Shown here: positions 16,598-25,591 of the stretch, in pieces
How the letters are laid out: the number at the start of each line of letters is the position of its first letter
Numbering within the stretch: position 1 is the first letter of the stretch
From: Alistipes sp.
GTDB lineage: Bacteria > Bacteroidota > Bacteroidia > Bacteroidales > Rikenellaceae
Reading direction: 5' to 3'
Assembly: GCA_045650465.1 (NCBI GenBank)
Contig: JAZRRF010000024.1
Span: forward strand, 838 to 64,837
DNA length: 64,000 nucleotides
Notes under the pieces: model-generated
Database searches by the model: none
Seen by the model: only the letters and a program-made list of their open reading frames with translations
What the model was told of the DNA's origin: nothing
Translations under genes and position numbers: made by a program

Positions 16598-17323
16598 TTA
16601 CGCTCCCAAAGCACTCTCCAGCATTCGATTGCGCTTTTTCGGTTTCTCCACCACAGGCACAGCCTGCGATGTCAAGCCCTTCGGCATTCCGTCGCCCACC
16701 TTACCGCGCATCTCGTTGATGTTCATGTTTCTGCCCTTCACCTCGCCGGCCACAAAGGCATCTTCCACATCCTTGTCATAGTCAAGCGACTTCTTCAACT
16801 TGCCAGGCAACGTCTCATCCTTCACACCGTCAAGCAGCGGAATAAGAATCTCGTTATACACTCGGCGCATACGCTCACCCTCAGCATCCTCGCCAAGCTG
16901 TTCCTCAAGCCAATCGAGGAAATCAAGCATCTTCGCGTTGTGTTCCTCGGCCGTTCTCTTCGCACTCTCACGTTCGTTGAAGAACTCCTCATCTGCCGCC
17001 ATCATCTCGTCATACTCGGGTGTGCCCTCGTCAGCCATGAAACCCTTACCGAAGTATCTTGCAATCGCAGCACCCGGCTTTCTTGTGCCGTTCACGATGT
17101 CCGCGAACATCTGCGCCGCTCTGGGGTCATCCGATATAGCCTCAATGATACGGTCATTCGAAGATCTCAACTCCTTGATGTAGTCAAGAGCCATCTGCTC
17201 CACATCACCCGTGCGCTTCTCCTCGGGGAGAACCTCGGTGAGCAAAGCCTCAAGCTCCTGTCTTGCAGAGTTACCCACAGGTTCCTCCACAGTCATTTCT
17301 GTTACTTTTACTTCTTCATCCAT
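16598..17323 (-). CDS. putative scaffolding protein
   Basis: 241 aa, strongly acidic and helical; first gene of the minus-strand operon, divergent from the terminase module. Confidence 0.5.
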   Translation of the reverse strand: MDEEVKVTEMTVEEPVGNSARQELEALLTEVLPEEKRTGDVEQMALDYIKELRSSNDRIIEAISDDPRAAQMFADIVNGTRKPGAAIARYFGKGFMADEGTPEYDEMMAADEEFFNERESAKRTAEEHNAKMLDFLDWLEEQLGEDAEGERMRRVYNEILIPLLDGVKDETLPGKLKKSLDYDKDVEDAFVAGEVKGRNMNINEMRGKVGDGMPKGLTSQAVPVVEKPKKRNRMLESALGA

Positions 17324-17498
17324 ATGCTAAAATTTGAGAGCAAAAAAAAGAGAAAAAGAGGCTCATGATGCTACATAATTGACACTCGGGACTGCATAAC
17401 TGCCCCAACTTTCAACAGCCGGACAAAAAGTCCTCAAAATGTTATCACATTGCGGAAAACTGACATAACTTTACACCGGGGATGGCGTCATTAAACCT

Positions 17499-17903
17499 AT
17501 GTTTACACAACAACTAATCCAAGACCTCAATGAAGTCTACACAACCATCGTAAGAAAAAACCTCAAGGACGGCATCATGATGAGCCGCCGCGAGATATGT
17601 GAGAAAATAGCCACCATGCCTGCACCAAGGTTGTATATATCCCCGGAGCACGCACGTCTGTTGACCTACAGCTATAACCGCATATCGTCTAAAGGCAACA
17701 ACCGCGAATACCGCACGGCCGCCAAGCATGCCGAGTTCTACCGTCGTTACAACACCCTGCCGTCCAATGCCCGTTCATTGCAGAACATCATGGCATTGCT
17801 CCAGGAGCCTGCACCCAGCTTCTATCTCTCACCCGAACGTATCAACCGCCTGCTCTACAAGATTTATGATAGAAGAAAACAAACGCCGTCTTGCGCTCAT
17901 TAA
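17499..17903 (+). CDS. putative small terminase / DNA-binding protein with internal duplication
   Basis: 134 aa; overlaps the terL start; two copies of the motif PAP(R/S)(L/F)Y(I/L)SPE(H/R)..LL.Y..Y. Function assigned by position only. Confidence 0.4.
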   Translation: MFTQQLIQDLNEVYTTIVRKNLKDGIMMSRREICEKIATMPAPRLYISPEHARLLTYSYNRISSKGNNREYRTAAKHAEFYRRYNTLPSNARSLQNIMALLQEPAPSFYLSPERINRLLYKIYDRRKQTPSCAH

Positions 17904-19815
17904 CGCCCCCTACAACCCCATGACAGGCGAGGGCAGCCCAATTCCAAGAACCCTTGTAGAAATCCCCGACAGCCCACTGCCTAAGATGTGGCTGCCAAAC
18001 GATATGCTCAACGACCCCACCGTCCAGTCCGTCATCGAGCACGGCTTCCATTGGCACATAAGGAAAGCCGGCCTTCCCGTGAACGACAAGACAATCAATA
18101 AATTTTGGGAAGATTTTTCACGAATAAGGAATAAATACGACTACGAATGGTATGCCCGCATGTGCCAAACCATACAAGACAAGGAAACCCTCAAAGAAGT
18201 ACCCTTTGTCCTGTGGCAACCACAAAGGAAATACCTAAAAGAACTCGAAAGCCTGCGACTATCAGGCAAGGCAATAGACATCATCCTTTTGAAAGCCCGT
18301 CAGTGGGGAGGCTCAACCCTTACACAATTATATATGCAATGGCTGCAAGTATGCGTTTTCCCGGGAATAAACTCCGTCATCTGCGGCGACATTGAGAACC
18401 AATCACGTATCGTTGCCGGTATGCTCTCAAGAACCGTCAACAACACCCCACAATGGGTATTGGGATGTAACATTAAGGAAGCACCCTACAAAGGCTCAAC
18501 CTCAACAAGAGAAATCAAACCCATCGGCTCACGCTACACAATAGGCTCAGCGCAGAAACCCGATAAAGTCCGTTCCGAAAACGTCTCCCTTGCCCACCTC
18601 ACCGAGGTCGGTCTGTGGAAAGAAACCAAAGGCAAGAAACCCGAAGACCTTGTACAGGCCATCTTCGGTACCTGTCTTGGTGGTCCCGGCACAATGAAAG
18701 TCCTTGAGTCCACAGCCAAAGGTGTAGGAAACTATTTCCATAGAACATGGAAAGGCGCAACCACCACCAAAAAAGAAGAAAGAAACAACTTTCACCCGGT
18801 CTTTATTCCGTGGTTCGATATACCGCTGTATTCAAAACCGATAGAAGACTATGAAGCCTTCATCGCCACAATGACCGAGCGCGAAAAAGAACTCTTTGAA
18901 CTCGGTGCAACCCTTGAGGCAATAAACTGGTATAGAGACAAAAAGAAAGAAATCTCCGACGAGTGGCGTCTTGCAAGCGAATTTCCCTCCACCCCAACCG
19001 AAGCCTTCCAATCAACCGGCCGCAGAGTCTTCCGCTTGGAATATGTCAAGACCACACGCGAGAGCTGCATTGCCCCATGGTGGACAGGCGATGTCGATGG
19101 CGACTACCTCAATTGCCAATTTGTCAAAGGCACAGGTAATCTCGAAATATGGTACATGCCCGACCTTGACACCCCAATGAGGAATAGATACATCGTCAGC
19201 GTCGATGTCGGTGGTGTAGGCGACAAGAGCGACTACAGCTGCATCCGCGTGGCAGATAGATATTCAATGACCGAAGGCGGAGTTCCCGAAATCGTAGCCC
19301 AGTGGCACGGCCACATCGAGCATGACAAACTCGCCTGGAAAGCCGTGCAGATAGCACACCTCTATGGCGATGCACTCCTTGTAATCGAAAGCAATACATT
19401 GGAGACCGAAGGCACCGAGGGAAACAACTTCGAGTACATCCTCAACGAAATTGCCGGCACATACTTCAACCTCTATTCACGCACCAGCGAAACCGAGATA
19501 CGCCAAGGCCGCCCGAGAAGATGGGGATTCCACACCAACCCCTCAACAAAGCCAATGGTAATAAACTTCCTCAACAAAGCCATACGCGACGGACTCTACA
19601 TCGAGCACTGCACCGCCACCTGCGACGAGCTGGACCTTTACGAGTTCAAAGAAAACGGCAAAGAGATGGGAGCCGTCGAGGGCAACCACGACGACCGCAC
19701 CATGGCCACCGCCATACTCATTTGGGTCTGCTATAACTACCCATTGCCCGTTGTTATAAAAACACGCAACCCAAGCACAAAAAAGACCCGCATCGTTTCC
19801 GAAGCGAGCATTTAA
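17866..19815 (+). CDS. terL: terminase large subunit
   Basis: ATG at 17866 (MIEENKRR). LLKARQWGGSTLTQL ATPase P-loop-like block; VSVDVGGVGDKSDYSCI nuclease-type Asp block; 649 aa. Confidence 0.8.
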   Translation: MIEENKRRLALINAPYNPMTGEGSPIPRTLVEIPDSPLPKMWLPNDMLNDPTVQSVIEHGFHWHIRKAGLPVNDKTINKFWEDFSRIRNKYDYEWYARMCQTIQDKETLKEVPFVLWQPQRKYLKELESLRLSGKAIDIILLKARQWGGSTLTQLYMQWLQVCVFPGINSVICGDIENQSRIVAGMLSRTVNNTPQWVLGCNIKEAPYKGSTSTREIKPIGSRYTIGSAQKPDKVRSENVSLAHLTEVGLWKETKGKKPEDLVQAIFGTCLGGPGTMKVLESTAKGVGNYFHRTWKGATTTKKEERNNFHPVFIPWFDIPLYSKPIEDYEAFIATMTEREKELFELGATLEAINWYRDKKKEISDEWRLASEFPSTPTEAFQSTGRRVFRLEYVKTTRESCIAPWWTGDVDGDYLNCQFVKGTGNLEIWYMPDLDTPMRNRYIVSVDVGGVGDKSDYSCIRVADRYSMTEGGVPEIVAQWHGHIEHDKLAWKAVQIAHLYGDALLVIESNTLETEGTEGNNFEYILNEIAGTYFNLYSRTSETEIRQGRPRRWGFHTNPSTKPMVINFLNKAIRDGLYIEHCTATCDELDLYEFKENGKEMGAVEGNHDDRTMATAILIWVCYNYPLPVVIKTRNPSTKKTRIVSEASI

Positions 19816-19819
19816 TTTG

Positions 19820-19827
19820 TATATTTG
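19820..19827 (+). promoter_or_regulatory. candidate -7 promoter box TATATTTG
   Basis: Exact TAnnTTTG match 16 nt upstream of the ATG at 19844. Confidence 0.3.
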
Positions 19828-19843
19828 CAGAAAACAAACAATT

Positions 19844-20167
19844 ATGGCAAAGATATTTCTTCCTTTCATAGGCTCAGACCGTAAGGGTCTTGGCAGTCCT
19901 GTTGAATGCCCCAATGGCCTAAAGGATATTATTGACTTTTACAAGGGCTATCCCGGAATTGTCGGTATCAGCATCAACCGACACCCTACATTCTTGAGTG
20001 AGAACGATGATACTGTTTATCATTTTGTCCTCGACAAAGATGAAACAATCCTTGGCCTGTGTAATTTCCTTGACGGCAGATTAAACCATACCTCTTGGAG
20101 TGAATTGATGACAAGAGAGCGCACGCGCGTCATCAATAACATTTCCCAAGAACTTGATATATTATAA
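19844..20167 (+). CDS. hypothetical protein
   Basis: ATG at 19844 (MAKIFLPF); the ORF-track start at 19817 is TTG; 107 aa. Confidence 0.5.
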   Translation: MAKIFLPFIGSDRKGLGSPVECPNGLKDIIDFYKGYPGIVGISINRHPTFLSENDDTVYHFVLDKDETILGLCNFLDGRLNHTSWSELMTRERTRVINNISQELDIL

Positions 20168-20216
20168 TAGGCACATCCTTAAAAATGTTCACAACTCATT
20201 CGAGTTGCTGAAATCG

Positions 20217-20261
20217 GGGAGCGGTACACCATAGACGTGTATCGCTTCCTGCGTTTTGTTT
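20217..20261 (+). terminator. rho-independent terminator of the terminase module
   Basis: 13-bp stem GGGAGCGGTACAC / GTGTATCGCTTCC. Two positions pair as G-U only on the plus-strand RNA. Followed by TGCGTTTTGTTT. Confidence 0.6.
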
Positions 20262-20262
20262 A

Positions 20263-20276
20263 GGAAGTTAACTTCC
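20263..20276. repeat. perfect 14-bp palindrome GGAAGTTAACTTCC
   Basis: Read directly, just after the terminator in the 513-bp non-coding gap. Confidence 0.6.
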
Positions 20277-20332
20277 CGATCATCTTCTTTCTTTCGCCCC
20301 TTTCGGCCTTGTAGCCCTTTACCACCTCCTTA

Positions 20333-20375
20333 GTCCCCTTAATACCCCTTAGCTCCCTTAGTTCCCCCTTAACCC
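20333..20375. repeat. five roughly 10-bp-phased CCC(C)TTA repeats (C-tracts on plus strand, G-tracts on minus strand)
   Basis: tagtcccctt aatacccctt agctccctta gttccccctt aaccctta. The minus strand reads GGG-N4-GGGGG-N6-GGG-N6-GGGG-N6-GGGG, which fits the G3+N1-7 quadruplex pattern. Confidence 0.55.
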
Positions 20376-20646
20376 TTAAACAAATAAAAAATCTCATTTA
20401 AAGTGCAACCACCACCCAAAAACAAAGGCAACTCGCACTAAAAGAACAAAAATCCCTTTTAGGCCTTCATGCCCTTGCAGCCCCTTTAGGCCTTTTCAAA
20501 TATCCAAATATTTCCCTTTGCAAGCCTTGCAAACAAAAAAAGGGAACGCCGCTGCGCTCCCCAAAAAAGATTATTTACTCTTTGATTTCAGAACAACGCA
20601 AATATACAAATTAAGCAAACACATACCTTGCCATTTTACAACAAAT

Positions 20647-20673
20647 AAAAAAAAGCGTGACACACCGTCACGC
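20647..20673 (-). terminator. rho-independent terminator of the 946-aa gene
   Basis: GCGTGAC-loop-GTCACGC directly after the stop at 20681, followed on the minus strand by T8. Confidence 0.7.
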
Positions 20674-20680
20674 TTTCATC

Positions 20681-23521
20681 TTATCTTATTTGATTGTTCG
20701 CAAACCCAGCATCCACCAGCAGTTCAGCCATAGATACACGGCCACTCATCTGCCCGGCAATCGCAATAGCAAAATACTTATACTGCTTGCTCCTGCTCAT
20801 TCCGGTAATCAAATCTCGTTGAGTAGAAACCCTTATAACACCGTTCTCTGCCTCGCTCACTGTCGGGCGTTCCTTGCCTGTGATACAAACAAATCTCGCA
20901 CCGTCGTTTGAACCCAGCAAGTAGAAATTCAAACTGCCCTCAAAGGTGGTCCTCAATCCCGCCTGCCTCAACCTCTTGAAGTCAATCGAACCAAGCGTGA
21001 ATGGCCTTGTAATAGCCACCACAGGAATATCCCCACTCTCACCATCGGCAAAAGTAAACATCTTGCCCTGCTTGTCAAACACCACCAGTTCGGGATACTT
21101 GTTCGTCGTTAAATCAAACACCGTGTCAATCACGCTCCACACCTGGTTTGTCAGCGAATAGACATAGGAGTAACCCTTTTTATTGTTTGACACAATAATC
21201 TCATTGTAGTGGTAATTGTACGCAATCACCGCACCCTTGATGTACTCCCTTATAGGAACAGGATTCACCACCCCCTTTCCGGCCTTGGCAAAAATCGCGT
21301 TCCACATCTCTGCGTTGTAATGGAAGAAATCCACCTCAAAGCCATCAAGCACCGCACTCAAGTCAGCTACCTGTCCGTTACTGATAGCAATCACGCCCTT
21401 ATCCGTAGCAAACACAACTCCACCGCTCACCGGGCAGATAGCACCGCTGCACACCTCACGGCTGAATGGACTCTGCATAGTATATGCACCCTGTCCGCTT
21501 GTGTCAACCTGCATTGCCCATATACCTGTATCCGTGAACACATACAAAGGAAACTGACCGAACTGACCCGGAGAAATCGCCTCCGCATTGCTTGCCAATC
21601 CTTTTATCTCACCCTCAAACTTGTACGTCTGCGCCGTAGGGAAATAGAACGGATTATCCACAGCCGAGACCTTGAGAGTGTTGGATTTAAATTCTTCGTC
21701 CTCATGCCCAGTCAAAACCTCTTCACCAGTAGTCTCTTCTATTGGAGTAATATCATATTTGCATTTTGATTTCTCAATAGTGATATTTATGCGCGTGCCT
21801 GGATATACATTTCCACTTACTCCGTATTGAGAAATGTCTTTAGCATCTATTATTTCAAAATCCCCATCCCAGCTCGTTAATGTCCACCAAGAATGATCCA
21901 AATCATTCCAAGGTGCTAATAACTCATAATTAGATTTTGGTGTGTTACCTATTTTATCCAAGAATACAACAGGATTAAATTCAGTGTTGTATGTTGACAA
22001 ACTGTTGGAGTCGTAAGCATTATTAAAACCTCCTATGATATTATACCTAACCCTGTAAGCCCTTTCTGTTTTTCCAATAAGACATAAAGACATATCCATT
22101 AAGGAATGATTCTTTAATTCTGTAGAAATAAATTTGGTCACATCTTCTTCAGTGTATACACTTTGCGTTTTTGCCACATCTCTTGATGGGTGCGAAATCA
22201 AGCAAGACAAACATTTCGTTGCAATTCCTATTTGCGTATAATCGTATGTGGTCTTTTCCAATGTACCATCCTTGAACAGAACATTGGTTTTCATTTCTAT
22301 CAGTTTTTTAAACTCTGCGGTTCCTCCGTCCGGATAATACCCGTCAAGCATATTTTTTGTCGCAAGGTTCTTTACTTCTCTATATTCATAAAGATGCAGC
22401 CTTGCATTATAAACCAAGTTCCCTTTAGAAATAAACTGTTTCAAGTTTGTGGCAGGCAACTTGTCTTGCACACTCAAATACGATGGGCTTGTCTCCTCTG
22501 CTTCCCACAAGAGATTACCTTTAAGGTCGTAGCTTGCAAATTTGCTGAAAACACTACAACTCTCTATTTCATTCCTTAATTGCGGTACTGCTTTGTTCGT
22601 GTATAAAGTAACTTCACTTGAAACTGTTTCTAATGTGCCGTGTCCAGTTAATTTGAATAAATCCAAGGTCCCTGTTTTCACTTCATGTTCCATTATAGAG
22701 CCGGAAGTGAAAATATCTACTGACATTATAATATCTTGCCATTTATCAAGGTTGTAATCGAACGACAAATCAGTATGAAAACCAACCACTTCTGCTGTGA
22801 TATTTGCTTTTTCATCGTCATTTATTGCGGTTCCAATGTAAGTCGCAAAATTTTTAACACCACTGCTAACTGTAAGACCGTCCAATACAAACTTACCTTC
22901 GCCTCTTACATAATACAAATGTGAATATCTATATGAGCCATCAAAGAGTTTTATGCCAACAATAAACAAAACATTGTCAACAAAATACTTACTCTTATAT
23001 ATTCCATCGAGTGCTTTATCAAAGAAGCCTTTGGAATGTTTCATCCATGATGTTTCATCATCATGGATACTATATGAATACCCACCTTCACTTGTAACGC
23101 TTTTTAAATGATGGGATAATTTTATCTTCATCTCCGGCACCTCCGGCAGTCCACCCAAATACTCAAAACCCCCATTTCGCCATATCGCATACTCCACCCT
23201 GTCGGCAAAGTTCATTATAACAATATTGCCCATCAGTGCAAACGACTCCACACCGTCTGCCAAATACTCTTCCTGTTGGCTATCTTTGTTCCTATAATAC
23301 AGCGTACCGTCATCTTCCAGCTCTAACCAATGCCCACTGTTGGCGTGATACAAAGCCTGCTTAATAGAGCCACCCCTACTATCAACGGCAGGCGACTGGC
23401 ATGGAACCAGCTCGCCCCCCTTGTGTCTCATATTCAGCAACACACTCATATCCCCGGCCTCGTTAAGGCCGTCGTCTGGTATATTGGAAATACCCTTAAA
23501 AGAAATAATCCTCTTCTCCAT
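20681..23521 (-). CDS. large virion structural protein (candidate tail/nozzle protein)
   Basis: 946 aa, immediately downstream of the portal; beta-rich. Function assigned by position and size only. Confidence 0.55.
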   Translation of the reverse strand: MEKRIISFKGISNIPDDGLNEAGDMSVLLNMRHKGGELVPCQSPAVDSRGGSIKQALYHANSGHWLELEDDGTLYYRNKDSQQEEYLADGVESFALMGNIVIMNFADRVEYAIWRNGGFEYLGGLPEVPEMKIKLSHHLKSVTSEGGYSYSIHDDETSWMKHSKGFFDKALDGIYKSKYFVDNVLFIVGIKLFDGSYRYSHLYYVRGEGKFVLDGLTVSSGVKNFATYIGTAINDDEKANITAEVVGFHTDLSFDYNLDKWQDIIMSVDIFTSGSIMEHEVKTGTLDLFKLTGHGTLETVSSEVTLYTNKAVPQLRNEIESCSVFSKFASYDLKGNLLWEAEETSPSYLSVQDKLPATNLKQFISKGNLVYNARLHLYEYREVKNLATKNMLDGYYPDGGTAEFKKLIEMKTNVLFKDGTLEKTTYDYTQIGIATKCLSCLISHPSRDVAKTQSVYTEEDVTKFISTELKNHSLMDMSLCLIGKTERAYRVRYNIIGGFNNAYDSNSLSTYNTEFNPVVFLDKIGNTPKSNYELLAPWNDLDHSWWTLTSWDGDFEIIDAKDISQYGVSGNVYPGTRINITIEKSKCKYDITPIEETTGEEVLTGHEDEEFKSNTLKVSAVDNPFYFPTAQTYKFEGEIKGLASNAEAISPGQFGQFPLYVFTDTGIWAMQVDTSGQGAYTMQSPFSREVCSGAICPVSGGVVFATDKGVIAISNGQVADLSAVLDGFEVDFFHYNAEMWNAIFAKAGKGVVNPVPIREYIKGAVIAYNYHYNEIIVSNNKKGYSYVYSLTNQVWSVIDTVFDLTTNKYPELVVFDKQGKMFTFADGESGDIPVVAITRPFTLGSIDFKRLRQAGLRTTFEGSLNFYLLGSNDGARFVCITGKERPTVSEAENGVIRVSTQRDLITGMSRSKQYKYFAIAIAGQMSGRVSMAELLVDAGFANNQIR

Positions 23522-23580
23522 AACATTGTATTTAATTGGTCTATAAGGCTCCCTTAGAACCCTTAGTCACCCTATAGACC

Positions 23581-23619
23581 CTTTTCGTTTTCACCTTTCA
23601 CCTTTCAGTTTTCACCTTT
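23581..23619 (-). repeat. heptad-periodic motif array (minus strand: GGTGAAA ACTGAAA GGTGAAA GGTGAAA ACGAAAA)
   Basis: cttttcg ttttcac ctttcac ctttcag ttttcac cttta read directly; overlaps the last four portal codons (KGEN-stop). Confidence 0.55.
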
Positions 23620-25584
23620 AAAAATGACTCCATCCTGCGCACCCGGTGTACCATTCATAGCCTGCTGGAACTGCGGACTCATAGCCTGTCCATTTACCGC
23701 CTGTCCTGCCTGCTGCTGATACTGCGCCATAGCCTCCTGCGCCTGCTGCTCCTTTCTCTTCACCGCCTCCAACAGTTTTGTAGCGAAAGGATAAGAAGTA
23801 TTCTCAAGCATGGTAGCAAGGTCAATCGCACCACCCGCAAACAAGTTGTAAAGGAAGTCATTCTGCAATACCTGGTATGCAGGGCTGTTGTTGCCCTCGG
23901 TAACAGTCAGGTCAATCAACGCATTCTTCACCTTATCTGGGTTATACCACTTTGCCTCCTCGCTGTAATCTCTTCCGGCAAGGTCAAGATATTTAGGCTC
24001 GTTATAATATTGCTGAATAGTCTGCATCACCTTCGTGTCGCGTCTTCTTCTAAACGCAGTCAGCGAACCAAACAATCCTTTCAAGTTCAGTGAAGAGTTC
24101 TGCACCTGCTGCGCATACAGCGAGGCCGGTGTGCCCGAATTTGGAGCCTGTCCCTGCATCGCACTGTTCACACCCGAAATCTCGTTAATCAACTTCAGCT
24201 GAAGGTTCAACAGTTCATAGTCTCCGGCTGTCGATGCACCACCGTTGATTTGATGCACCACATCGCGCACATTGACACCATTCTTTGGCTTCACGAACAG
24301 CACACCGTTCCACCTTACATACTCGTCCACAATCTCCTCGCGTGTCATGCTCTCAAACGCAGTCTCGTCAACAACCATCACACCCTTTGACGAAGCACCA
24401 CGCATAAAGTCAATCAGCGTAGCAGTGCGGTTGATACTCCTCTGCTGGTCGATGAACTGCTCAAAGTAATTGTACAGGTGGCCGCTTGTCATGTGGTACA
24501 CACCAAGCACATAGTTATGCTCACCGTGCCAATAAGGACTGTCACCCTTGTACAAGCAGTGTCCCCATGGAGTCATGTAGCGGAAAACCCAAACTCTCTC
24601 CGTTTCGTTGGTCTCATACTCAATGAGTGGAATATCCTCCTCGGCCACACCCTGCGAGGTATAATACTCCATTCTTCTCTCGTTCTCCTCGTCAAGGATA
24701 TGCTTCTCACTGCGTTTCACATAGCCATAAGTACCGTTCTCCCAATCGTGGTAATAGATGGCCGGCCTGTTCTCAAGTCTCCAACCAAGAATCACACGGC
24801 ACATATTAGGCTGCGCAGGAGTGTAGAAGTTCAGGCTGTTCAGCTTGTCACCGTTCAGCGCATTAGAGTCAAGGTAATTGCCACCCTCGCCGTAGATGCT
24901 TCTCAATTCCTGTTCAGGAACGTATTTGCCGAAAGTAGCAATCACATCTTCGGTAGTCATATCATACAGCTCGCCCACACGCGACATGTCCCACATACGG
25001 GGGTCTTCTACCGATGTATCAAAGAACAATCTCTTTGGATCCACAGGATACAACCACACATCCTGTTTGCCGTTCCGAGGGTTCACACCGTACTCAACCC
25101 TCTGCGCCATCACACCGGCAGTCGCATTCGATTTAAGCGTTGCCACATCAAGTTCACCGGTCTCGTTAATGTCGTGGACATACTCAACAGCAATAGACAC
25201 CATTTCGCCAAGCTTCGCCTCACGCTGGTCTCTTACAACACACACAGGCTTAACCTGCGCCGTGCGGCACTGACCCTCGATATTGTTCCAGATAGGAGCA
25301 ATCATATTGTTCTTCAAAGGAACCTTGCCGTTCTTCTTTATCAGCTCACCTTCGGTAATCATCTGCCCCGTGTCCGGGTCACGCACAAGGTCGCCCCACT
25401 GGTCACCCCAGGCATAGCGTTCTGCCCTTGCAGCTTTAGCTCTCATTTCGGACAAATTACACCAATCTGTGTGAAATTGTTCGAGCGCAGCTAAATCTTC
25501 TGCGTCAACGCTTAACGCACTTTTTTTTTGCGGCGTTTTAGCGCGTTTTTTATCTACTTTTACCCTTGTTATAAATTTGTTCAT
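23605..25584 (-). CDS. putative portal protein
   Basis: 659 aa; size, position in the head module and a Q/A-rich C-terminal tail (QQAQEAMAQYQQQAGQAV); not HMM-verified. Confidence 0.6.
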   Translation of the reverse strand: MNKFITRVKVDKKRAKTPQKKSALSVDAEDLAALEQFHTDWCNLSEMRAKAARAERYAWGDQWGDLVRDPDTGQMITEGELIKKNGKVPLKNNMIAPIWNNIEGQCRTAQVKPVCVVRDQREAKLGEMVSIAVEYVHDINETGELDVATLKSNATAGVMAQRVEYGVNPRNGKQDVWLYPVDPKRLFFDTSVEDPRMWDMSRVGELYDMTTEDVIATFGKYVPEQELRSIYGEGGNYLDSNALNGDKLNSLNFYTPAQPNMCRVILGWRLENRPAIYYHDWENGTYGYVKRSEKHILDEENERRMEYYTSQGVAEEDIPLIEYETNETERVWVFRYMTPWGHCLYKGDSPYWHGEHNYVLGVYHMTSGHLYNYFEQFIDQQRSINRTATLIDFMRGASSKGVMVVDETAFESMTREEIVDEYVRWNGVLFVKPKNGVNVRDVVHQINGGASTAGDYELLNLQLKLINEISGVNSAMQGQAPNSGTPASLYAQQVQNSSLNLKGLFGSLTAFRRRRDTKVMQTIQQYYNEPKYLDLAGRDYSEEAKWYNPDKVKNALIDLTVTEGNNSPAYQVLQNDFLYNLFAGGAIDLATMLENTSYPFATKLLEAVKRKEQQAQEAMAQYQQQAGQAVNGQAMSPQFQQAMNGTPGAQDGVIFKGEN

Positions 25585-25591
25585 TGCAATT

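Noticed and set aside
20518-20911. Plus-strand ORFs (71 and 84 aa) in the non-coding gap and across the 3' end of the 946-aa gene
   Set aside because: They run through terminator hairpins and repeats and overlap a strong minus-strand gene, and their peptides are low-complexity.
24478-25494. 338-aa plus-strand ORF antisense to the portal gene
   Set aside because: It lies entirely inside the portal ORF and its translation looks non-protein-like (H/R/L/V-rich). It is a typical antisense shadow.
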